This document shows positions 58,140 through 64,000 of a stretch of 64,000 nucleotides of DNA, piece by piece. A model generated the notes under the pieces. That model worked only from the letters and a program-made list of their open reading frames with translations. It ran no database searches and had not been told where the DNA came from. Location: positions 14,453,903 through 14,517,902 of the forward strand of contig CM082577.2 in assembly GCA_040954595.2 (NCBI GenBank). Reading direction: 5' to 3'. How positions within the stretch are numbered: the first letter of the stretch is position 1; the number at the start of each line of letters is the position of its first letter. The stretch is from Balanoglossus misakiensis (lineage: Eukaryota > Animalia > Hemichordata). Position numbers and translations under genes: made by a program.

Positions 58140-58802
58140 ATGTTATTACTCAAAACGTTCCATCTCCAACAGCACGATGTGGACCATTTAAAAAGCAGGC
58201 GAAACGCCTTCTTCGATTGGAAATACAGTATGGATAGACAGTTTTTCTCAGAATTTATTAATGGGATCATTAAAAGAGAAGGTCATCTGTCCAGCAGTTT
58301 ACTTATACAGTTTCTTGGTCGAGAGCATGGATGTCTCTACAAGGGCGTTCACGTCCACACGATAGTTGACTTCAAGATGGAAAAAACCATCGCCTGTGAG
58401 ACGTGGCGTATTTTGTCGTGTCTGGAAGATTCTGTGTCTGCCGAACAAGATGGGTGTTTGTGCGCGTTCGAAGCAGTTTTACACATGGCAATTGAAATGT
58501 TTTCTATAACGGTCAATGACCAGACAAACGCGTTATACAGGCGTGAAACCCCCAGGGAACTTCAGTGGATAATTGATCACATTGAAAAGACGATCATACA
58601 TTTGCTTTCTCTGCATCAATTGTCAACGGACGAATCACCGCTATTAACAGCGGCATTACACATAGCTGTTATTGTAACATGTGCAATCAGACCTCCTACC
58701 GCCATTCAATTAGAGATCCCACGTGACCGCCTCGTGATACCCAAAGTAGTGTGTAATTTGTTCAACTTAAGATCAACTGAGACACAGATTCCTTTACTCT
58801 GA
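58140..58802 (+). CDS. Hypothetical protein nested antisense in the last terminase intron
   Basis: 220-aa ORF lying entirely within 58042-58849. Confidence 0.65.
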   Translation: MLLLKTFHLQQHDVDHLKSRRNAFFDWKYSMDRQFFSEFINGIIKREGHLSSSLLIQFLGREHGCLYKGVHVHTIVDFKMEKTIACETWRILSCLEDSVSAEQDGCLCAFEAVLHMAIEMFSITVNDQTNALYRRETPRELQWIIDHIEKTIIHLLSLHQLSTDESPLLTAALHIAVIVTCAIRPPTAIQLEIPRDRLVIPKVVCNLFNLRSTETQIPLL

Positions 58803-58849
58803 GAAACAAGCATGGTATATATTGGAACAAATTGACGCAATCTACTTAC

Positions 58850-59407
58850 AATCCGTTCATTACCACATTTAATTCCGGCAACTAGTCCTATGCCTGACAC
58901 ATTTGATGGTGTGGGATCGATTACTAGTCTGAGTCCAGATGTTAAGAGGTGCTCGCTGACGTCAACTCGTTTTTCGACCAATTTATCTAGCGTTATGTCG
59001 GCAAACAGTCTCTCGCTAGATGTATCAATAAAATCTGCCACACCGAGGCACTCGCGTTCATAGGTTCCTTTTGCCAAGATGTCCATTAATATTCTGACTG
59101 GATTTCCTTCGCTAGAATCAATGTGCCTTGGAACCAGGTGGAGTTTATGGATACATACACCATGTACACCTTTCGATACACATTCTGAACACATGTACGT
59201 TTGAACGATCGACTTGACAAGGGGTTTCCCCCCCCATGACATGTCCAACAATTTATAGGACCAGTGTTCTCTGTTTGCCATAGATGAAGTAAATAAAACC
59301 GACACTGTTTTAGGCTGAAAAATGGGCGCAGAAGTGATCAATGAATTATGTTTTACCCACGGAAACTCGTCCACCCAACCAAAACTACAACCGGCTCCTC
59401 TGGCAGC
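58850..59407 (-). CDS. Herpesvirus terminase ATPase/nuclease subunit, internal exon
   Basis: Acceptor tatttcag|AARGAGCSFGWVDEF (cf. GIRGQDFNLLFVDEA, Walker B), LFTSS coupling motif, YMCSEC..CIH Zn site, LVIDP..SGIG, donor ATT|GTAAGT. 558 nt, phase 0/0. Confidence 0.85.
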
Positions 59408-59561
59408 CTGAAATATATAATGATGAATATATATAAATATTAGTTAACAACGTTCACTTTTATGACGCTTAAGTGGGGTTGCTATACGTTTTAAACCCAG
59501 TGTAACAATGCATCCATCACATTAATACCACGTCGCATTGACCTGTGCACAACGGTTTGAT

Positions 59562-60470
59562 ATGGAATTGGCTACGCGAACTGCTTTCCTGAGACAACAC
59601 AACATAGGTGTATTTCACGTGGATATACAGCACAAGTGCACGGGCCAGTGTACAATGTTGAATCCATACGGCGTGGGGATGCATTACATATGTACGACTT
59701 CATTGAAATATCACAACTGTGACGCAGACAGCGATCGGGACTGCCTGTTGGTTTGCACCGACGAAGGTCAAATTTGTAAACTGACCGGCCATGTCATACA
59801 AGGTAGCCAGGCGGCAAATGTTTATGTTGGCCTTGATAAACCAATGTATCCACACCCTTCCACCAGTTACGATCACAGTCGAATATCTGTGATACACAAA
59901 GACCAGAAAATGGAACTTTTATGTCACACGCTCGCTAGCACTATCTCAAAGTTGTTTCATGCAGACAATCGACGAAAATACAACCAGCTCACGAGGGTTC
60001 ATTCTCGCTGCATCAACACAGCGTGCGCAAGGATAAAATGCGATCTATTAGAAGGACGTATGTCTTTTCCACAAGCATTACATCACCATATAAACAGTGC
60101 CGTGTACATTTTACATCAATTATTTTTCCCATACTCGCTGTTATCTACACTGGAAGCTTACGAGAGAAAAGTTATTTCAATTGTGTTGTCACACGTGCAA
60201 GGGAATCATGGTCGTGGCGGGGACATTTCCATCCTTCTGGGAAATCCAGAAGCGACAGTATTGTACATTACGAAATGCGTGCTCGAAGGTTTTGGATGCG
60301 CAGGCTCCAATATATTTGACCCGATTTTCCGGTACATGGGACCGATGCCTTTGGATCGTCATTTGAAAGAAGTGTTTGATATAAATCCGCATAAGTTAAC
60401 AAAGTGTTCCAAAATACTACAGGTAGTAATGACAAAATCATCGTGCATCCGAGCATTAAACAACATGTAG
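59562..60470 (+). CDS. UL92/ORF31 (poxvirus VLTF2-like) Cys-rich late transcription factor homolog
   Basis: HKCTGQC...YICTTSLKYHNCD...CLLVCTDEGQICKLTG matches the HxCD...C...T.EG..C..TG signature. Confidence 0.7.
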   Translation: MELATRTAFLRQHNIGVFHVDIQHKCTGQCTMLNPYGVGMHYICTTSLKYHNCDADSDRDCLLVCTDEGQICKLTGHVIQGSQAANVYVGLDKPMYPHPSTSYDHSRISVIHKDQKMELLCHTLASTISKLFHADNRRKYNQLTRVHSRCINTACARIKCDLLEGRMSFPQALHHHINSAVYILHQLFFPYSLLSTLEAYERKVISIVLSHVQGNHGRGGDISILLGNPEATVLYITKCVLEGFGCAGSNIFDPIFRYMGPMPLDRHLKEVFDINPHKLTKCSKILQVVMTKSSCIRALNNM

Positions 60471-60971
60471 TCAATGCCATACCCTCATATAGTCGCACTG
60501 AATTTCAAGGTTGTATTTCAGAAGACGCGCTTTACTAGCAACTACGCATGCGCAACTATTATTGTCATTGTGATTTTGCTGATCCTAGAAGTAGTCAATG
60601 CCATACCCTCATATAGTTGCACTGAATGTCAAGGTTGTATTTCAGAAGACGCGCTTTACTAGCAACTACGCATGCGCAACTATTATTGTCATTGTGATTT
60701 TGCTGATCCTAGAAGTAGTCAATGCCATACCCTCATATAGTCGCACTGAATGTCAAGGTTGTATTTCAGAAGACGCGCTTTACTAGCAACTACGCATGCG
60801 CAACTATTATTGAAACTGACGCCGTGATTTCGCTGAGCCTAGAATTAGTCAATGCCATACCCTCATATAGTCGCACTGAATGTCAAGGTTGTATTTCAGA
60901 AGACGCGCTTTACTATCAACTACGCATGCGCAACTATTATTGACGATGACGCCGTGATTTTGCTGAGCCTA
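60467..60971. repeat. Four ~124-130-bp tandem repeats upstream of the first IAP-like gene (related copies at ~61950 and ~63055)
   Basis: tagtcaatgccataccctcatatagtcgcactgaat...tacgcatgcgcaactattatt at 60467, 60591, 60715 and ~60845. Confidence 0.9.
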
Positions 60972-61021
60972 CCCTTATATAGCGATGTTACCAACTCGCA
61001 GCCCGTCATATTGCTATCGCC

Positions 61022-61918
61022 ATGGCATCGTCGGGTGGTTCTCCATACCCTAGTGAAGTTTATAAATCAACGAGTTCCCGAGAGTTAAGTATCAGAGAAA
61101 GTTTATTGTTCACTGACAGCAGCTGTGTGGCCCTGGCTGAATCAAATCTGTACGTGAACACTGCTCGGCGTGTCCGATGTATTTGCTGCAAATTCAAACC
61201 TCGATACTGTTTTTCACAAGCGCAAATAGGAGACTTGGTCTTCGAGCATTATGTGTTTAACCAATCCTGCTACAGCCATAATGAACACCGATATCCGAGA
61301 AGTGTACATGACAAAATGGACGGGTTGGGTCGCCTGTTGGCATTGCGTGAACTAAGGTTTACATTCGTTGAACTGATACGCCATTTGCGACAACGCAGGC
61401 CAGACGATAGGTTCGAGGACCTTGTGTTCATGGCTATATACTGCATATCAGTAAACATTGTCGGTCCTGACGTTCATGTAAAAAGCATTTCTCTTTCTGC
61501 TATGAAGAACTATGCACGTCGCCATAACTATTATGAGCCAATGCGCAGATCCTTGTCTAACTACTTACACAAGGCCTTCGTGCAAGTCGTTGGTGATTTT
61601 CCTTGGGCAAACGTCCACCAACTATGTAGGGAAGCCTTTTCAAATCAAACGTTTATATTAGAATATTCCAGAACACGGGTTTCGTGCGACTTATGCCGTT
61701 TCAGCTTAGAACAGGTCCCATTACCACCGGATATCAAGGCCAAGTACATTTGTTGTAAAATATGTCTCGACAACCCCATAACGTTAATTGGTCAGTGCGG
61801 TCACCCAATGTGTGAGTCGTGTTATAATAAAATGGCGTCAGTAAGTCCTGGTGGACAGTGTCCGTTTATTTTCTGTCAACAATCATTAGATTCCTTTATT
61901 GCTATAAGATTCCCGTAA
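61022..61918 (+). CDS. IAP-like protein 1 (divergent BIR + C3HC4 RING)
   Basis: LAESNLY..VRCICC-x19-H-x6-C BIR-like pattern and C-terminal CKIC..CGHPMCESC..CP..C RING. TATA-like ttatata upstream. Confidence 0.75.
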   Translation: MASSGGSPYPSEVYKSTSSRELSIRESLLFTDSSCVALAESNLYVNTARRVRCICCKFKPRYCFSQAQIGDLVFEHYVFNQSCYSHNEHRYPRSVHDKMDGLGRLLALRELRFTFVELIRHLRQRRPDDRFEDLVFMAIYCISVNIVGPDVHVKSISLSAMKNYARRHNYYEPMRRSLSNYLHKAFVQVVGDFPWANVHQLCREAFSNQTFILEYSRTRVSCDLCRFSLEQVPLPPDIKAKYICCKICLDNPITLIGQCGHPMCESCYNKMASVSPGGQCPFIFCQQSLDSFIAIRFP

Positions 61919-62132
61919 AGTGTTATGGGTGTTGGCGGGACCTGAGCGAGTCGCACTGAATTTCAAGGTTGTAATTCAGAAGACGCGCTTTACTAGCAAA
62001 CACGCATGCGCAACCATTATTGACAATGACGCCGTGATTTTGCTGAGCCTATAAACAATCGTAGCTGATCGTCAATGCCATACCCTTATATAGCGATGTT
62101 ACCAACTCGCAGCCCGTCATATTGCTATCGCC

Positions 62133-63050
62133 ATGGCATCGTCGGGTGGTTCTCCATACCCTAGTGAAGTTTATAAATCAACGAGTTCCCGAGAGTTAAG
62201 TCTCAGAGAAAGTTTATTGTTCACTGACAGCAGCTGTGTGGCCCTGGCTGAATCAAATCTGTACGTGGACACTGCTGGGCGTGTCCGATGTATTTGCTGC
62301 AAATTCAAACCTCGAGACTGTTTTTCACAAGCGCGAATAGGAGCCTTGGTCTTCGAGCATTATGTGTTTAACCAATCCTGCTACAGCCATAATGAACACC
62401 GATATCCGAGAAGTGTACATGACAAAATGGAACATATTGGTTACATGTTGAAATTAGGGCGAGAGCGTGGACTAAGGTTTAAATTCATTAAACTGTTACG
62501 CCACTGCAGACAACTCAGGCCATCCTGTCCATTCCAGGAAATTGTGATTATGGCTATATACTGCATCTCAGTGCACATTGTCGGGCCTGCCGTTCGTGTA
62601 AATCACATTTCTCTTCCTGCTATGAAGAACTATGCACGTCGCCATATAGATGTTGGCAAAATGCACGGACCCTTGGTTGACTACTTACACAAGGCCTTCG
62701 TGCAAGTCGCTGGTTATGATCCTTGGACAAACCCCCACGAACTATGTAGGGAAGCATTTAAAAATCAAAGGTTTTACTTTTGTGACGGAGGCTGTGCTCG
62801 GTGCGATGTATGCAATTTCATGTTAGAACATGTCGTACCACCAGCTGATATAGATGACAATTACATTTGTAAAATATGTTACCACAAACCCGTCACATTA
62901 GTTTCTAATTGCGGTCACCCTATTTGTGATGGTTGTTATACTAGGGTGAGGTTTTCAGACATTCCAAATCTGTGTCCGTTCTGTCGACAACCATTGCACT
63001 CCTTTATAACTATAAAATTTATGTGTTGTGTCGGTGTTTGCGGGACCTGA
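62133..63050 (+). CDS. IAP-like protein 2 (divergent BIR + C3HC4 RING)
   Basis: Tandem paralog 1111 bp downstream. RING CKIC..CGHPICDGC..CPFCR. Confidence 0.75.
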   Translation: MASSGGSPYPSEVYKSTSSRELSLRESLLFTDSSCVALAESNLYVDTAGRVRCICCKFKPRDCFSQARIGALVFEHYVFNQSCYSHNEHRYPRSVHDKMEHIGYMLKLGRERGLRFKFIKLLRHCRQLRPSCPFQEIVIMAIYCISVHIVGPAVRVNHISLPAMKNYARRHIDVGKMHGPLVDYLHKAFVQVAGYDPWTNPHELCREAFKNQRFYFCDGGCARCDVCNFMLEHVVPPADIDDNYICKICYHKPVTLVSNCGHPICDGCYTRVRFSDIPNLCPFCRQPLHSFITIKFMCCVGVCGT

Positions 63051-63651
63051 GCGAGTCGCACTGAATTTCAAGGTTGTATTCCATAATACACGATTTACTA
63101 GCAATTAAGCCTACGCAACTATTCTTTATTATGACGCTGTGATTTTGCTGAGTCTAGAAAGAACTGATGTTGACTTTTGAGTAACTCATTTAGAACAGAC
63201 CGAGTAGGGCGCATTCGAAACTCGTCTTGAAAATACAATGTGAATTCATGCAGTGCTTATGTCGGTGAATAAAATAATCGTTGGTTGTATTCACAAAGTG
63301 TGTTCGGCTGTCTTTCTTCCCTTTACCCCGATGAGTGACCACTTGAATAAATGACTGTACGAAAAAATGTATTGAGTACGAATAGTCGTCGAATCCAGAG
63401 TTTTTCGGTACCAGTTCGTGTATATAATTTCCTGTCAAACGAAGGTATTCGAGACCCATGCAACTGGGGGCGCTACATAATCGGGGTTTTGCCTACGGTG
63501 GTCGCGCTCCGGCCAGCGCCATCACCCTGTAATGGTCATTCCGCTCGCTTGCGTTCTGACTGTAAAGTAATGACCAGCTTTCAACTCCTACAGTTAGTCT
63601 GAATTCATTTACTGTATACATTGCTCTTATTTATGTGTGTGGCAATAAATT

Positions 63652-64000
63652 ATGAGTGCCATGGATGAAAATGTACAGCTCGTGGTTGGGAGAAACGTGT
63701 ACAGTTTCTTTACCCACAAAGTTTGCCAGTCTATTCCTTACATAGAAAGTATGATGCAGTTTGAGCGCATGCGGTCGAGTTATAACGGCGTCTTGCAACT
63801 CAGCAATTCAAACATTCCAGACACACACTGGCACTTATTTCTCGGTTTTTTAAATTTAGGTAGAATACCACCTCTTGTTCGATACACAGATGTTAATGGC
63901 GGCGCAGCTACTTTCGCCATAGAAGAACACAATCTGGCGGAAGTTGCAGTAACAGCGGACTTCTTGCTCATGACGTCATTTACTCGGGCCCTCTCCCAGT
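63652..64000 (+). CDS. BTB/POZ protein, truncated by the window end (paralog of 33735)
   Basis: Manual translation MSAMDENVQLVVG...SIPYIESM...NIPDTHWHLFLGFL...NLAEVAVTADFLLMTSF aligns with the BTB of 33735. Absent from the ORF track because no stop is reached. Confidence 0.7.
   Translation, partial: MSAMDENVQLVVGRNVYSFFTHKVCQSIPYIESMMQFERMRSSYNGVLQLSNSNIPDTHWHLFLGFLNLGRIPPLVRYTDVNGGAATFAIEEHNLAEVAVTADFLLMTSFTRALSQ

Overview
This window is a segment of a large, divergent herpesvirus-like (Herpesvirales) dsDNA genome, probably from an aquatic animal and possibly endogenous. The diagnostic genes are two exons of a spliced terminase ATPase/nuclease subunit (UL15/UL89-like; the upstream exon is not in the window), a UL92/ORF31/VLTF2-like Cys-rich factor inside the terminase intron, an AEP/PrimPol-type primase head-to-head with a 1431-aa MCM-like AAA+ protein, and a FEN1/XPG-family nuclease. 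Host-manipulation genes include a two-exon TGF-beta/BMP-like ligand that lacks the heel helix, a Snf7/CHMP4-like ESCRT-III protein, a tandem dsRNA-binding-type zinc-finger protein, two BIR+RING (IAP-like) paralogs, three BTB proteins (two are near-identical copies from a segmental duplication), a secreted metzincin with a catalytically dead paralog, a large secreted Cys-rich repeat protein, a possible Bcl-2-like protein and a multi-exon C2H2 zinc-finger gene. Non-coding features are a ~403-bp tandem array (~18 + ~4 units), several smaller tandem repeats, a perfect 81-bp-arm palindrome, and at least five non-autonomous host-type DNA transposons (Tc1/pogo-, P-, Harbinger-, Helentron/HINE- and Kolobok-like), all outside coding sequence. 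All protein family calls come from motif recognition by eye. No database searches were run.
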